A DNA stretch of 64,000 bases from Kiritimatiellia bacterium (GCA_050950285.1 JBMNHG010000002.1:1010654-1074653), one strand, 5' to 3'; positions 20,972 through 33,923 are shown, counted from the first letter of the stretch. Numbers and translations are program-made. The notes: generated by a model not told the origin, from the sequence alone.

Positions 20972-22567
20972 ATGGACACTTTTCGAACCAACACTCCGAC
21001 CATGGACGCCGAAACCGACATTCCGACCCTGCCCGAACCCTCCGCCCGACGCCGCGTGGTCGCCATCGTGGGCCGCCCCAACGTGGGCAAATCCGCCCTG
21101 TTCAACCGCATCGCCGGCCGCCGCATCGCGGTGGTGCACAACGAGGCCGGAGTCACGCGCGACCGCCAGCAACGCGAAGTCTCCTGGGACGGCCAGCGCT
21201 TCTCGCTCATCGACACCGGAGGGCTTTCGATCATCGACTCCGACACCCGCGACGGCTCCGACCCCATCGAGGCCGGCATCCGTGCGCAGGTCGCGGCCGC
21301 CCTCTCCGACGCCGCCGCCGTGATCCTCGTGGTGGATTCGCAGGTCGGCCTCCACCCGCTCGACCAGGAGGCGGCGCGCCGCATCCACGCCTCCGGCATC
21401 CCCGCCTTCGTGGCCGTGAACAAGTGCGACCTGCCCCGCCACGAAACCGCCGAAGCCGATTTCGCCGGGCTGGGCTTCCCCCTCTTCCCCGTCTCCGCCC
21501 TGCACGATCGCGGCGTGGGGGCCCTCGTGGAACAGGTGCTCGCCGTGCTGCCCGACACCCGCGAGGAGACCATCGCCAACCCGCTCCGCGTGGCCATCGT
21601 GGGCCGTCCCAACGCCGGGAAATCCTCCTTTGTGAACCGGCTGCTCCGCAACGACCGCATCATCGTCTCCGAAATCGCCGGCACCACCCGCGACTCCATC
21701 GAAGCGCCCTTCACCATCGGCTCCGGACCCCATGCCCGCCACTACGTGCTGATCGACACCGCCGGCATGCGCCACCTCCGCGACATGAAAGACCCCGTGG
21801 AGCGCTACTCCCTCCTCCGCGCCGAACAGAGCGTGGACGAGTGCGACGTGGCCGTGCTCGTGATGGACGCGCAGATCGGCCCCACCCTCCAGGACAAGCG
21901 CATCGCCGCCCGGATCCTCGAGGCGAAGAAGGGCTGCGTCCTCGTGATGAACAAGTGGGACAAATGCCGCGAGGAAGGAATGACGGAGACGAAGTCCGAA
22001 CCCGTCCTGCGCAAGGCCATGCCCTTCCTGCGCCACTGCCCCGTGGTCTTCGTCTCCGCCCTCGACGGCTACAACGTGCGCCGCACCATCGACGCCATCG
22101 ACCACGTCGCCGCGCAGACACGCCTCCGCCTGCCCACCGGCATGCTGAACCGCGCCATCGCCGAAGCCATGGAATTCCGCAAGCCGCCCGCCACAGGCGG
22201 CCGCCCCCTGCGCCTTTTCTATGCCACGCAAACCGGCGTGGCGCCGGTCTCGATCCGGATCTTCGTGAACGACCCGGATCTGGTGACCCGCCCCTACCGC
22301 GAGTACCTCCTTCGCCAGTTGCGCGAACGCTTCGGACTGGAAGGCGCCACCGTGGTCTTCGAATTCCGCGAACGAACCCGTCCCGTCGGCCGCGCGGGCG
22401 CGACCCCCTCCGAGCAGGCTTCGACGCCCGGCGAACCCGCCGAAAAACGGCACGCCGCAAAAGGCCGGAAAACCTCCGCCCCAAAGCCCGCCGCGAAGGC
22501 CCGCAAGACGTCCGTCCGGAGAGCCTCCGCCAAGGCGAAGTCCCGCTCCGCGCGCGCGCGACGATAA
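20972..22567 (+). CDS. der: Ribosome biogenesis GTPase Der (EngA)
   Basis: Two G domains: VGRPNVGKS...GVTRDR...DTGG...NKCD and VGRPNAGKSS...GTTRD...DTAG...NKWD. KH-like C-terminus with a Lys/Ala-rich tail. Start is 20972 or 21002. Confidence 0.96.
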   Translation: MDTFRTNTPTMDAETDIPTLPEPSARRRVVAIVGRPNVGKSALFNRIAGRRIAVVHNEAGVTRDRQQREVSWDGQRFSLIDTGGLSIIDSDTRDGSDPIEAGIRAQVAAALSDAAAVILVVDSQVGLHPLDQEAARRIHASGIPAFVAVNKCDLPRHETAEADFAGLGFPLFPVSALHDRGVGALVEQVLAVLPDTREETIANPLRVAIVGRPNAGKSSFVNRLLRNDRIIVSEIAGTTRDSIEAPFTIGSGPHARHYVLIDTAGMRHLRDMKDPVERYSLLRAEQSVDECDVAVLVMDAQIGPTLQDKRIAARILEAKKGCVLVMNKWDKCREEGMTETKSEPVLRKAMPFLRHCPVVFVSALDGYNVRRTIDAIDHVAAQTRLRLPTGMLNRAIAEAMEFRKPPATGGRPLRLFYATQTGVAPVSIRIFVNDPDLVTRPYREYLLRQLRERFGLEGATVVFEFRERTRPVGRAGATPSEQASTPGEPAEKRHAAKGRKTSAPKPAAKARKTSVRRASAKAKSRSARARR

Positions 22568-22658
22568 AAGTAGCATGCGGAAGAAGCAGGAAGACGCCAC
22601 AGCCCTCGGGCCAAACTTCTTGGCATGACGGGGGCGGGGCTGGTATGCTCCCGGCATC

Positions 22659-24783
<2,125 letters not shown>

Positions 24784-24812
24784 CGCATCCATAATCAGAA
24801 GGGAAAGAACCC

Positions 24813-25172
24813 ATGAATCCGATGTTCCTGATCCTGCCGTTGGCCGATGCGGCCGCATCCCCTGCTGCGGGCCAGCCCGCCGGCAATCCGCTGGTGACCT
24901 TCCTCCCCTTTGTCATCATCATCGCCATCTTCTACTTCATGATGATTCGCCCGCAGAATCGTCGCGAGAAAGAGCGCCGGAAGATGATCGAAGAGCTGCG
25001 CGCCGGGCAGCGGGTCCTGTTCGCCGGCGGCCTGATCGGCACCATCGCCGAAGCCAAGAAGGCCACCTTCATGATCCAGATCGCCCCGCACACCAATGTC
25101 GAAGTGGCGCGCGGCGCCGTGACGCGCGTGATCCAGGAAGGCGAGACGCCCTCGCTCGACGAACCGCGCTGA
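24813..25172 (+). CDS. yajC: Preprotein translocase subunit YajC
   Basis: FYFMMIRPQ.RREKE...L..G..V...GG.IG, located between tgt and secDF. Confidence 0.93.
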   Translation: MNPMFLILPLADAAASPAAGQPAGNPLVTFLPFVIIIAIFYFMMIRPQNRREKERRKMIEELRAGQRVLFAGGLIGTIAEAKKATFMIQIAPHTNVEVARGAVTRVIQEGETPSLDEPR

Positions 25173-25230
25173 TCTTCTTCCAGCGTACCGCCAGGCGGCA
25201 CGTTCCCCGTAGAGCTATTCGAGGTATCCC

Positions 25231-27855
25231 ATGAACAAGAACTACACGCTCCTGAAATGGCTGATTTTTGCGGCCCTGGTCTTCTTCTCCATCGTGATCG
25301 TCTGGCCGCCCAAGGAAAAGATACGCCTTGGCCTCGATCTCGCCGGCGGCACGAGCTTCACCCTGGAGGTGGACGAGGCGGCCCTCCGGCAGTCCGTCTC
25401 GAACCGTCTCGGCGCCGCGTCCCAGAAGCAGATCGACGATGCCGTCGCGGAGGAGCTCCGCCTCTCCGACGAGCGCGCCGTGGAAGTGATCCGCAACCGC
25501 ATCGACGCCCTCGGCGTGAACGAGCCGGAGATTGTCTCCATCCCCAGCCTCCACCGTGTGCAGGTCAAGCTTCCCGGCGCGAACTCGAACCAGGTCGCCC
25601 TGGCCGAGGCCAGCATCGCCGACGCCACCGTAAGCCTCGACTTCCGCATGGTGAAGAAAGACAGCGACGACCTCGTCCAGAAGAACATCTTCCGCAACAA
25701 CACGCCGCCGGAAGGCTACCGGTGCTCCACCCTCTCGGACGGCCGGTCCTGCCTGGTCCGCATCGAAAGCGACGAGACGGACTCCGCGGGCAACGTCATC
25801 CCCTCCTACAACACCCTGATCCGCGACGACCCCGACTATCCCAACCGCGTCGCCCTCCACGGCGCCCCCGCCCGCTACTCCCTCCTTCTCCAGCACAACC
25901 GCGACACCGACACCTACGAACCGCTGTACGTCAAGAACAGCCCCGAGAAGGTCACCGGCAAGATGGTCCACCGCGCGAAGGTGGAACAGAATCCCATGAC
26001 GGGCGACATCTCGATTTCGCTCTCTTTCGACGACGACGGCAAGAAGGCCTTCCGCCTTCTGACCGAAAAATACGCCCGCTACGGCCGCGACGGCCAGGGC
26101 CCCAATCCGAAGAACCCGGACGGCACCCCCTGGCGCCTCGCCATCGTGATGCGGGAGCAGGTCTACTCCGCGCCCGTCATCAACACCCCGATCCCCGACG
26201 GCAACGCGCAGATCACCGGCTCCTTCACCTACCAGGAGGCGGCGCGCCTCGCCAACGTGCTGAACGCCGGCGCGCTCGATGTCCCGCTCACCATCCTGGA
26301 GAAGTCGACGGTCGACCCCTCCCTGGGCGAGGCCTCCATCCGCAGCGGCCTCCGGGCGTCGCTCCTCGCCGGCATCGTGGTCGTCCTCTTCATGCTGGTG
26401 TACTACCGCTTCCTCGGCGTGATCGCCTCCTTCGCCCTGCTGATGGACATCGTGCTCCTGCCGGTGGGCATGCTGCTGGCCGGCGGCATCCTCGGCGCCT
26501 TCAGCCGGGAGGTCGCCTCGGCCGGCGGAAGGATCGCCCTGCCCGTGCTCACCATGCCCGGCATCGCCGGCATCGTGCTCTCCCTCGGCATGGCCGTGGA
26601 CGCCAACGTGCTGATCTTCGAACGCATGCGCGAAGAGTTCGCCGCAGGCAAGTCCGCCGCCACCGCCGTGGCCAACGGCTTCAAGGGAGCGGCCTCCGCC
26701 ATCGCGGACTCGAACCTCACCACCATCCTCACCGGCATCATCCTCTTCTGCCTGGGCTCCGGTCCCGTCCGCGGCTTTGCCGTGACCCTCGTGGCCGGCA
26801 TCATCGTGAGCATGTACACCGCCCTCGTCCTCACCCGCATGATCCTCGACGCCTCCGTCTCCAAGTCCCGCGTCAAGCCCTACTCGATGATGAAGGTGAT
26901 CGCCGCGCCGAAGTTCGATTTCATCGGGGCGAAACGTCCGGCCTTCCTCTTCGCGACCGCCCTGATCGTCCTCACCATGGGCGTCACCCTCTACAAGGGG
27001 ATCACCAACCCCACGAGCATCTTCACCGTGGACTTCGTGGGCGGCACCACGGTCACCCTCGACCTTGCGCCGTCCCGCGCCGACGCCAAACCCTCGAAGG
27101 AACGCGTGGAGGAGACGCTCAAGGTGGCCTTCAAGGACGTCCGGGCGCAGTATAGCCAGGGCTTCGGCGGACAGGGCGAAACGCTCACGGTGACCACCAG
27201 CGACAGCCGCGACACCAACGTCAGCGCCAGCGAAGGCACGATCGGCCCGCGCGTGGCCGACGCCCTGAACAGCTCCTTCCCGGACGCGAACTTCACGGTG
27301 AAGGGCGAGGAGATGATCGGCCCGACGGTCGGCGCCGCCCTCAAGGTGAGCGCGATGCGCGCCATCGTCCTCGCCTGGATCGGCATCATCCTCTACGTCA
27401 CCATCCGCTTCGAGTTCGGCTTCGCCGTCGGCGCGGTCGCGGCCCTGGTGCACGACGTGCTCGTCACGGTGGGCATCTACTGCGTGCTCGGCCGCCAGAT
27501 CAGCCTCACCACCGTCGCCGCGCTGCTGACCATCGTGGGCTACTCGGTGAACGACACGATCGTGATCTTCGACCGCGTCCGCTCCGACCTCAAGCTCGAC
27601 CAGCGCACGCCCTTCCCGGAGATCTGCAACCGCGCCCTCAGCCAGACGTTGAACCGCACGATCATGACCTCCGGGACGACGATCATGGCGGTCCTCCTGC
27701 TCCTGATCTTCGGCGGCGCCTCGATCTTCGACTTCGCCCTCTGCCTGATCATCGGCATGGTCGCCGGCGTCTTTTCGACGCTCTTCCTGGCCTCGCCGAT
27801 CATGCTCGCATGCTACCGCGGCCGCCGCCCCGCTTTCATCACGAAGAAGCAGTAG
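25231..27855 (+). CDS. secDF: Fused protein translocase subunit SecDF
   Basis: LGLDLAGG, IRNRIDALGVNEP, AQITGSF, LTMPGIAGIVL..GMAVDANVLIFER, DFVGG, AAL.HDV, GYSVNDTIVIFDR. Confidence 0.96.
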   Translation: MNKNYTLLKWLIFAALVFFSIVIVWPPKEKIRLGLDLAGGTSFTLEVDEAALRQSVSNRLGAASQKQIDDAVAEELRLSDERAVEVIRNRIDALGVNEPEIVSIPSLHRVQVKLPGANSNQVALAEASIADATVSLDFRMVKKDSDDLVQKNIFRNNTPPEGYRCSTLSDGRSCLVRIESDETDSAGNVIPSYNTLIRDDPDYPNRVALHGAPARYSLLLQHNRDTDTYEPLYVKNSPEKVTGKMVHRAKVEQNPMTGDISISLSFDDDGKKAFRLLTEKYARYGRDGQGPNPKNPDGTPWRLAIVMREQVYSAPVINTPIPDGNAQITGSFTYQEAARLANVLNAGALDVPLTILEKSTVDPSLGEASIRSGLRASLLAGIVVVLFMLVYYRFLGVIASFALLMDIVLLPVGMLLAGGILGAFSREVASAGGRIALPVLTMPGIAGIVLSLGMAVDANVLIFERMREEFAAGKSAATAVANGFKGAASAIADSNLTTILTGIILFCLGSGPVRGFAVTLVAGIIVSMYTALVLTRMILDASVSKSRVKPYSMMKVIAAPKFDFIGAKRPAFLFATALIVLTMGVTLYKGITNPTSIFTVDFVGGTTVTLDLAPSRADAKPSKERVEETLKVAFKDVRAQYSQGFGGQGETLTVTTSDSRDTNVSASEGTIGPRVADALNSSFPDANFTVKGEEMIGPTVGAALKVSAMRAIVLAWIGIILYVTIRFEFGFAVGAVAALVHDVLVTVGIYCVLGRQISLTTVAALLTIVGYSVNDTIVIFDRVRSDLKLDQRTPFPEICNRALSQTLNRTIMTSGTTIMAVLLLLIFGGASIFDFALCLIIGMVAGVFSTLFLASPIMLACYRGRRPAFITKKQ

Positions 27856-27899
27856 GCCGCGGAACGCCGTCCGCCCGAACCCCATCCCCGGAGAATGCC

Positions 27900-28214
27900 A
27901 TGCGCATCGAAGCCTTCAAGATGAAGCTCAAACCCGGCCACGAGGCCGAGTACCAAAAGCGGCATGCCGCCATTTGGCCGGAGCTCAAGCAGCTCCTTTC
28001 GGACAGCGGCGTCAGCGACTACTCGATCTTCCTCGACCCGGAGACCCTCGTGCTCTTCGCCGTGCAGAAGGTCTCCGGGGATGGCGGCTCGCAGGATTTG
28101 GGCGGCAACCCCATTGTGCGGAAGTGGTGGGCGTACATGGCGGATCTGATGGAGGTGAATCCGGACAATTCCCCGGTCTCCATCCCCCTCCCCATGGTCT
28201 TCCACATGGATTGA
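27900..28214 (+). CDS. rhaM: L-rhamnose mutarotase
   Basis: AFKMKLKPG..AEY.KRH..IWPEL, DYSIFLD, KWWAYMADLM..NPDNSP. Confidence 0.92.
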   Translation: MRIEAFKMKLKPGHEAEYQKRHAAIWPELKQLLSDSGVSDYSIFLDPETLVLFAVQKVSGDGGSQDLGGNPIVRKWWAYMADLMEVNPDNSPVSIPLPMVFHMD

Positions 28215-28452
28215 TCCGCGGAGGCGTCCGTCGCGGTCCGGCATTCCGCGAGGAGGGCGGCCGCGACACGCGCGCGGCGCCCCCCGATGCGGCAGGCCCT
28301 TCCGCCTTCGTCCGGAACGACGGTTTCAAAACCGATGGATTCTTCGCCGGCGGCGTGATATGATTCCGTTTTGCCGGATGATGGCGTTCCCGTCGGAAGC
28401 GTGGCGCGGCCGGCGGCTTTTGGTTCCCTTCCCCTGATCCTGGAGACTCCCC

Positions 28453-29940
28453 ATGGGTGGATATTTTGGCGCTGCGGTCCACGGAAACTGCGCGACCGAT
28501 GTCTTCTATGGCACGGACTACCATTCGCACCTCGGCACCATGCGCGGCGGGCTCGCCTTCTATGGCCGCGAAGGCTTCTCGCGGCGCATCCACGACATCA
28601 CGAACGCGCCGTTCCGCGGGAAGTTCGAACTCGACTACGCCCGCATGTCCGAGCAACAGCCCTTCGCCGGCATCGGCATCATCAGCGACTACGAGGACCA
28701 GCCTCTCCTGATCAAGTCGAACCTCGGCACCTACGCGATCGTCACGGTGGGCAACATCACCAACCTCGACCAGCTCGCCGGCGAATACTTCTCCGCGCGC
28801 CACGGCCACTTCGGCATGACCGACGGCCACGGCGTGAATCCCACCGAAATGGCGGCATCGCTGATCGACTCGCAGGACTCTTTCGAAGCCGGCATCGCCT
28901 ACGTGCAGGAGAAGATCGAGGGATCGCTCTCCCTGCTGGTGCTCACCCAGCGCGGCGAAATCTACGCGGCCCGCGACCGGTACGGCCGCACGCCGATGGT
29001 GCTCGCCCGCCGCTCCGGGGACTCCCAGGACGGCGCCAGCCTTCCGCCCGGCTACGCGGTCACCCTCGAATCGTGCGCCCTCCCGAACCTCGGCTTCCAC
29101 GTCGTGCGCGAGCTCGGCCCCGGCGAGGCCGTGCGCATCACGCCCGACGGCGCCGAGACCGTCGTCCCACCGAAGCCCACCCTGCGCATCTGCTCCTTCC
29201 TGTGGGTCTACTACGGCTATCCCGCCTCGTCCTACGAGGGCGTGGCCGCGGAAAACGCCCGCAACAGCTGCGGCGCCGCCCTCGCCCGCGCCGCCGGCGT
29301 CCCGGGCGCGGACATGGTCTCCGGCATCCCCGACTCCGGCATCAGCTATGCCCTCGGCTACGCCCGCGAGGCCGGCGTGCCCTACGGACGCCCCTTCGTG
29401 AAATACACCCCCACCTGGGCCCGCAGCTTCCTGCCGCCGATGCAGATAAAGCGCGACGAGATCGCCGGCAAGAAACTCATCCCCATCCCGGACCTCATCC
29501 ATGGCCGGAACTTCGTCTTCTGCGACGACTCCGTCGTGCGCGGCACCCAGCTGCAAGAGCAGGTCCGACGCCTCTACGACTATGGAGCGCGCGAGATCCA
29601 CATGCGCGTCGCCTGCCCGCCGCTGCTCTATGGATGCCGCTTCCTGAACTTCTCCCGCTCCCGCTCGGAAGACGACCTCATCGCCCGCCGGATCATCAAG
29701 GAGATCACCGGGAGCAAGATCCTCTCCGAGGCCCAGCTCGAGGCCTTCGGCGACCCCGATTCCGACGAGAACCACGCGATGGTGGACCGCATCTGCCGCC
29801 GCCTGGGGCTCACGTCGCTCTACTATCAGCGCCTGGACGACCTGAAGTCCGCCATTGGAATCGCCGACCCCTGTTCCCTCTGCACCTACTGCTGGAACGG
29901 CAAGGATCCCTCGCCCTGCGCCCGCCACAGCCGCCACTAG
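28453..29940 (+). CDS. purF: Amidophosphoribosyltransferase-like protein lacking the N-terminal Cys
   Basis: MGGYFG start, AARDRYGRTP, CSFLWVYYGYP, G.PDSG, PRPP loop FCDDSVVRGT, ACPP...C, C..C. Confidence 0.88.
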   Translation: MGGYFGAAVHGNCATDVFYGTDYHSHLGTMRGGLAFYGREGFSRRIHDITNAPFRGKFELDYARMSEQQPFAGIGIISDYEDQPLLIKSNLGTYAIVTVGNITNLDQLAGEYFSARHGHFGMTDGHGVNPTEMAASLIDSQDSFEAGIAYVQEKIEGSLSLLVLTQRGEIYAARDRYGRTPMVLARRSGDSQDGASLPPGYAVTLESCALPNLGFHVVRELGPGEAVRITPDGAETVVPPKPTLRICSFLWVYYGYPASSYEGVAAENARNSCGAALARAAGVPGADMVSGIPDSGISYALGYAREAGVPYGRPFVKYTPTWARSFLPPMQIKRDEIAGKKLIPIPDLIHGRNFVFCDDSVVRGTQLQEQVRRLYDYGAREIHMRVACPPLLYGCRFLNFSRSRSEDDLIARRIIKEITGSKILSEAQLEAFGDPDSDENHAMVDRICRRLGLTSLYYQRLDDLKSAIGIADPCSLCTYCWNGKDPSPCARHSRH

Positions 29941-29954
29941 CCCGCCGAAACCCC

Positions 29955-30686
29955 ATGTCCACCCATTCCTTCCTCCGCGCCGCAAGCGACGCCTTCCAGC
30001 CCATGAGCCCCTGGTGCCAGGAGTGCGACGCCGTACAACACTCCCTCTCCGCCTTCGGCGTCCACAACAAAACCTGCCTGGACGTCGGCCTCGAGAACCC
30101 CTACGCCAGCCTCGAACTGCGCAAGCCCGGCGGCTTCTGGTATTCCGTCGCCCGCGACGCGGAGTCCGCCGTCCCCGCCGCCGAACTGCTCCAGGAGGAC
30201 GTCGTACCCCTCGGCCCGCAAGGGGAACTCCCCTTCGACGACCGCCAGTTCGACGTGGTGGTGCTGGCGAATGGCATGATCGTTGGCGACGCCGACCGCG
30301 ACATCGCCACCCTGCAGGAAGCGCACCGCGTGCTCCGCTCCTCCGGCATCCTCGTGGCGAGCATCCCGCACCGCCGCCCCAGCGGCCTGGCCAACCTCTT
30401 CCACCGCGAAGCCGCCTACACCGACAAGCAGGTCTTCGAACTCTTCAAGCAAGGCTTCGACGTGCTGCGCGGCCGTACCTACTGCCGCTTCTGGACGCAC
30501 CTGGCGCTGTCCTCGGGCTATCCGCCGGGCCTCGCCGCCGCCGCACGCTGGCTCGACCGCTTCGTCTGGACGCCCGGCTACCGAAAGGTCTTCGCCGGCC
30601 GCCGCAAACTCTGGCGCCCGCGCCTCACGCCCGTCCTGCGCGACGGCCGCAGCCTGAGCGAAGCCGTCCTCTTCCCCTTCGGCTGA
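29955..30686 (+). CDS. Class I SAM-dependent methyltransferase-like protein
   Basis: CLDVG, LPFDDRQFDVVV, L.EAHRVL...G.L..S.P. Confidence 0.7.
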   Translation: MSTHSFLRAASDAFQPMSPWCQECDAVQHSLSAFGVHNKTCLDVGLENPYASLELRKPGGFWYSVARDAESAVPAAELLQEDVVPLGPQGELPFDDRQFDVVVLANGMIVGDADRDIATLQEAHRVLRSSGILVASIPHRRPSGLANLFHREAAYTDKQVFELFKQGFDVLRGRTYCRFWTHLALSSGYPPGLAAAARWLDRFVWTPGYRKVFAGRRKLWRPRLTPVLRDGRSLSEAVLFPFG

Positions 30687-30742
30687 CGCCCCCCCTCCTC
30701 CACGACCCCCGCGAGGAGGGTGGGGAAGATCGTGCGCGGCGC

Positions 30743-31936
30743 CTACGCCTGGACCGCGCGGTAGGCGGTGTCCACCTCGCGGAGCTCCGGGCGGAATTCG
30801 GTCGGGTCGAGCTTGCAGTACTCGCGCAGGAAGAGCGTCGGGCCGATGGCGCGGACGCGGTTGAGCACGTCGCCATCCGTCGGGTAGGGCTTGCCCCTGT
30901 CGTCCGCGGCGTTGAAGCGAAGGGCGGCCGCGATGCCTTGGCAAATGGGACGGGTGTCGCCGCCCGCTTCTTTCACGAGGCGGAGCCCGCCGATGAAGCG
31001 GTCGCCGTCCGCGAGCTTGCGCTTGAGGTCGCGGCCTACGCGGAAGACGGTGTCGCCCAGGGCGCGGTTGCGGAAGCGGCGGAGGAGATCCTCCACGTAC
31101 TCCGTCTGGCTTTCCTCGGTGAATTCGCCGGGATAGCGCTTCATGAGGGCGAACGCGGTGGACATCATGGCATCGCGGGTGGTCTTGAAAATGACGGGAT
31201 CCTCGATCGCGTCGCAGATGTACATGTAGCCGCGCTGCGCGCCGAGACAGGCGCACACGGCGTGGCCGAGGTTGTGGATGTAGAGCTTGCGGTCCACGTA
31301 GGCGGCGAAGTTGCCGCGGAGCTCGAGCCCCTCGATTTCGGGGACGGGCCCGACGAAGGCGTTGCGGTCCGCGATGATGGTGTCGTACGCCTCGCCCCAC
31401 ACCTCGAGCGGATCGCGCTCGCGGACATGGGCGGGCATCAGGGGAACCATCTTGCCGATGCTGGTGGAAACGAGCCCGATGCGTCCGGCGATCGGGAATC
31501 CGGGGGGAAGAAGCTCTTCGAGCAGGCGGCGGGCAATCTTGTCCACGCCGTGGAGGTTTTCGCAAAGCAGGATGGAAACGGGTCTTTCGCGCTTCGCCAG
31601 AAGAGGGGCGATGGCCCTGATCACATGCGGGATCCCGCTCGCGCCCACGGAGGTGCCGATCAGGTCGGCGCGTTGCACGGCCTTCTCGAGGGCGGCGGGA
31701 TCGCTCCCGCTGTTGAAGGCGGTGACGGGCTTCACGAGGATCTCGTCGGCGCGGCCCGGGGGAAGGTCTCCCTTCACGACCACCTTGTATTCGCCGCGTT
31801 CGCGAAGGGCGTCGACCAGCACGTCGGAGGTGTCGGCGAACGTCACGTCGTATCCGGCACGGGAGAAGACGGCGCCGACAAGGGACCTTCCGATGTTGCC
31901 GGCGCCAAACTGGAGGAAAAGAGGGCGTTTCTTCAC
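30743..31936 (-). CDS. mtlD: Mannitol-1-phosphate 5-dehydrogenase family protein
   Basis: QFGAGNIGR, TSVG, LCEN, RKLYIHN.GHA, RF.N..L.D.V.RVGRD..RKL...DR. GTG start. Confidence 0.85.
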   Translation of the reverse strand: MKKRPLFLQFGAGNIGRSLVGAVFSRAGYDVTFADTSDVLVDALRERGEYKVVVKGDLPPGRADEILVKPVTAFNSGSDPAALEKAVQRADLIGTSVGASGIPHVIRAIAPLLAKRERPVSILLCENLHGVDKIARRLLEELLPPGFPIAGRIGLVSTSIGKMVPLMPAHVRERDPLEVWGEAYDTIIADRNAFVGPVPEIEGLELRGNFAAYVDRKLYIHNLGHAVCACLGAQRGYMYICDAIEDPVIFKTTRDAMMSTAFALMKRYPGEFTEESQTEYVEDLLRRFRNRALGDTVFRVGRDLKRKLADGDRFIGGLRLVKEAGGDTRPICQGIAAALRFNAADDRGKPYPTDGDVLNRVRAIGPTLFLREYCKLDPTEFRPELREVDTAYRAVQA

Positions 31937-32274
31937 GGGATGATTCCTTTGTCGTTCGAGGTTCAGCGGCGACGGGCGCCGCAAAGAGGAGAAGGGAAGA
32001 ATCCTCCGCCGCGCACAAGGCGCAAAGCCAGGGACAACCCCAGTGTGCGCCACCCGGGCCTGGAAATCAACCCGATTTTGATCCCGGGAAGGCCGGCGCG
32101 TCGCCCCCGCAATCCAGGACACCGAAATTGCGGGGCAATACGGGGCGCCCTTTCATCCGTTTCCGGTTGTCACAGGGTTGAATCCCCGGTACAATGGGTT
32201 CGTCGAGTACCGCATGGGCACGCCGCATCTCGCCGCCACCATGCTCTTTCTGTGATCGCTTCGCAAGGAACACC

Positions 32275-33105
32275 ATGAAGAAACCAGCCAGGAAATCCCT
32301 TCGCGTCGGGAACGTCCGGATCGGCGGCGGCGCGCCGCTCGCCTTCCTCGCAGGACCGTGCGTGATCGAGTCCCGCGAAATCTGCCTGGACATCGCCGGC
32401 GCGCTCGTGCGCCTCGCGCGCCGCCTCGATACCCAGCTGGTCTTCAAGGCATCCTTCGACAAGGCGAACCGCTCCTCCCTGGCCTCCTTCCGGGGGCCCG
32501 GCATGGAGGAGGGGCTCGACATTCTCGCGGAAGTCAAGGCCCGCTTCGGCGTTCCCGTCGTCACGGACATCCACGAGCCCGCGCAGGCCGCCCCGGTCGC
32601 CAAGGTGGCGGACATCCTCCAGATCCCCGCCTTCCTCTGCCGGCAGACCGACCTGCTCGTGGCCGCCGCCGCAACCGGCCGCGTCGTGAACGTGAAAAAG
32701 GGCCAGTTCTGTGCGCCCGAAGACATGCGCCTCGTGGCGGACAAGGTGCTCCGCTCCGGCAAAGGCGGCGTGATGCTCACCGAACGCGGGGCCTCGTTCG
32801 GCTACCACAACCTCGTGGCCGACATGCGCAGCTTGCTCGTGATGCGCGAATTCGGATGCCCCGTCGTCTTCGACGCCACCCACTCCGTCCAGCGTCCCGG
32901 CAGCGCGGGCGACCACTCCGGCGGCGACGGCCGCTGGGCCCCGGCCCTCGCACGGGCCGCCGTCGCCACCGGAGTGGATGCCATCTTCCTCGAAACCCAT
33001 CGCGACCCGTCCAAGGCCCTTTCCGACAAGGAGAACGCCATTCCCCTCGCCGACCTCCCCGCCCTTTGGAAAACGCTGCTCGCCATCGATCGGATCGTCC
33101 GCTGA
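32275..33105 (+). CDS. kdsA: 3-deoxy-8-phosphooctulonate (KDO8P) synthase
   Basis: [64 protein letters not shown]. Confidence 0.96.
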   Translation: MKKPARKSLRVGNVRIGGGAPLAFLAGPCVIESREICLDIAGALVRLARRLDTQLVFKASFDKANRSSLASFRGPGMEEGLDILAEVKARFGVPVVTDIHEPAQAAPVAKVADILQIPAFLCRQTDLLVAAAATGRVVNVKKGQFCAPEDMRLVADKVLRSGKGGVMLTERGASFGYHNLVADMRSLLVMREFGCPVVFDATHSVQRPGSAGDHSGGDGRWAPALARAAVATGVDAIFLETHRDPSKALSDKENAIPLADLPALWKTLLAIDRIVR

Positions 33106-33185
33106 TCCATCGACTTGGCATAGTTCTCGCTACGTTTCACTATGTTTCCGCCACAATCGTTCCAGCCCACGAAAGGAGAGAATCC

Positions 33186-33836
33186 ATGAAGACCACAAAG
33201 ACCTTCCTCATGATGTGTCTCGCGGGTGCACTGTTCGCAGGCGCCACCGCGATCGCCCAGGACGCTCCGCCGAATCGCGAACGTCCCAACCAGGAGCAGC
33301 GCGGCCAGCGCAACCGCGGCCAGGACGCCGGCCAGCGCGGCCAGCGCGGCCAGCGCCGCGCACTTCGCGCCGGAGGCGACAGGATGGGCGGCATGGCGTT
33401 CGATCAAACCGACATGCTCGTCCGCCTCGCCACCAACCCCAATACCCTCGAAGAGATCGGCGTCGAAGCCGCCCTCCGCGAAAAACTCCAGTTCGGCCTC
33501 CGCGAAATCGACAACGAACAAGTCGAGCTCCAGGCCGCCATCCGCCGCCTCCAGCAGCAACAGCAGGAGAGGATCGATGGCCTTTTCGCAGACCGCGAGA
33601 ATGACGGCACGGATCTCTATGCCATCGTCGATCAAATCATCCAGCACCGCCACGAAGTCGCGAAGCTCCCCGTGAAGCGCCTGATCTACCTGCGGGACAA
33701 CCTTACCGACGACCAGCTCGCCAAGGCCCGCACGCTCATCCAGGAGCGACAGGCCCAGATGCAGCAGCGCATGGAGCAATTCAATGCCCGCGGCAATCGC
33801 GGCCAGAATCCTCCGCCTGCTGAAGGACAGGAATAG
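33186..33836 (+). CDS. Secreted helical protein, Spy/CpxP/heavy-metal-sensor-like
   Basis: Signal peptide, Gln/Arg/Gly-rich linker, coiled helices and an LTDDQ motif (LTxxQ-like). Confidence 0.6.
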   Translation: MKTTKTFLMMCLAGALFAGATAIAQDAPPNRERPNQEQRGQRNRGQDAGQRGQRGQRRALRAGGDRMGGMAFDQTDMLVRLATNPNTLEEIGVEAALREKLQFGLREIDNEQVELQAAIRRLQQQQQERIDGLFADRENDGTDLYAIVDQIIQHRHEVAKLPVKRLIYLRDNLTDDQLAKARTLIQERQAQMQQRMEQFNARGNRGQNPPPAEGQE

Positions 33837-33874
33837 TCCGGACTCCCGTCCTCGGACGCGAATTCCCGAAATCG

Positions 33875-33903
33875 AGGCTCGCCGGGTCCCGGCGAGCCTT
33901 TTT
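33875..33903 (+). terminator. Rho-independent terminator
   Basis: AGGCTCGCCGG-GTC-CCGGCGAGCCT followed by a T run. Confidence 0.75.
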
Positions 33904-33923
33904 GCCGCCGCACGGCGTCCGCG

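Noticed and set aside
25069..27885. 938-aa minus-strand ORF, and similar shadows over aspS, ade, mfd and the GldG-like gene
   Set aside because: These are antisense mirrors of strongly codon-biased genes.
28215..28452. Riboswitches upstream of purF (and likewise before ade, cobT and lysC)
   Set aside because: GC-rich stems are present, but I recognised no ZTP, PRPP, purine, cobalamin or lysine aptamer consensus by eye. An Infernal/Rfam scan would be decisive.
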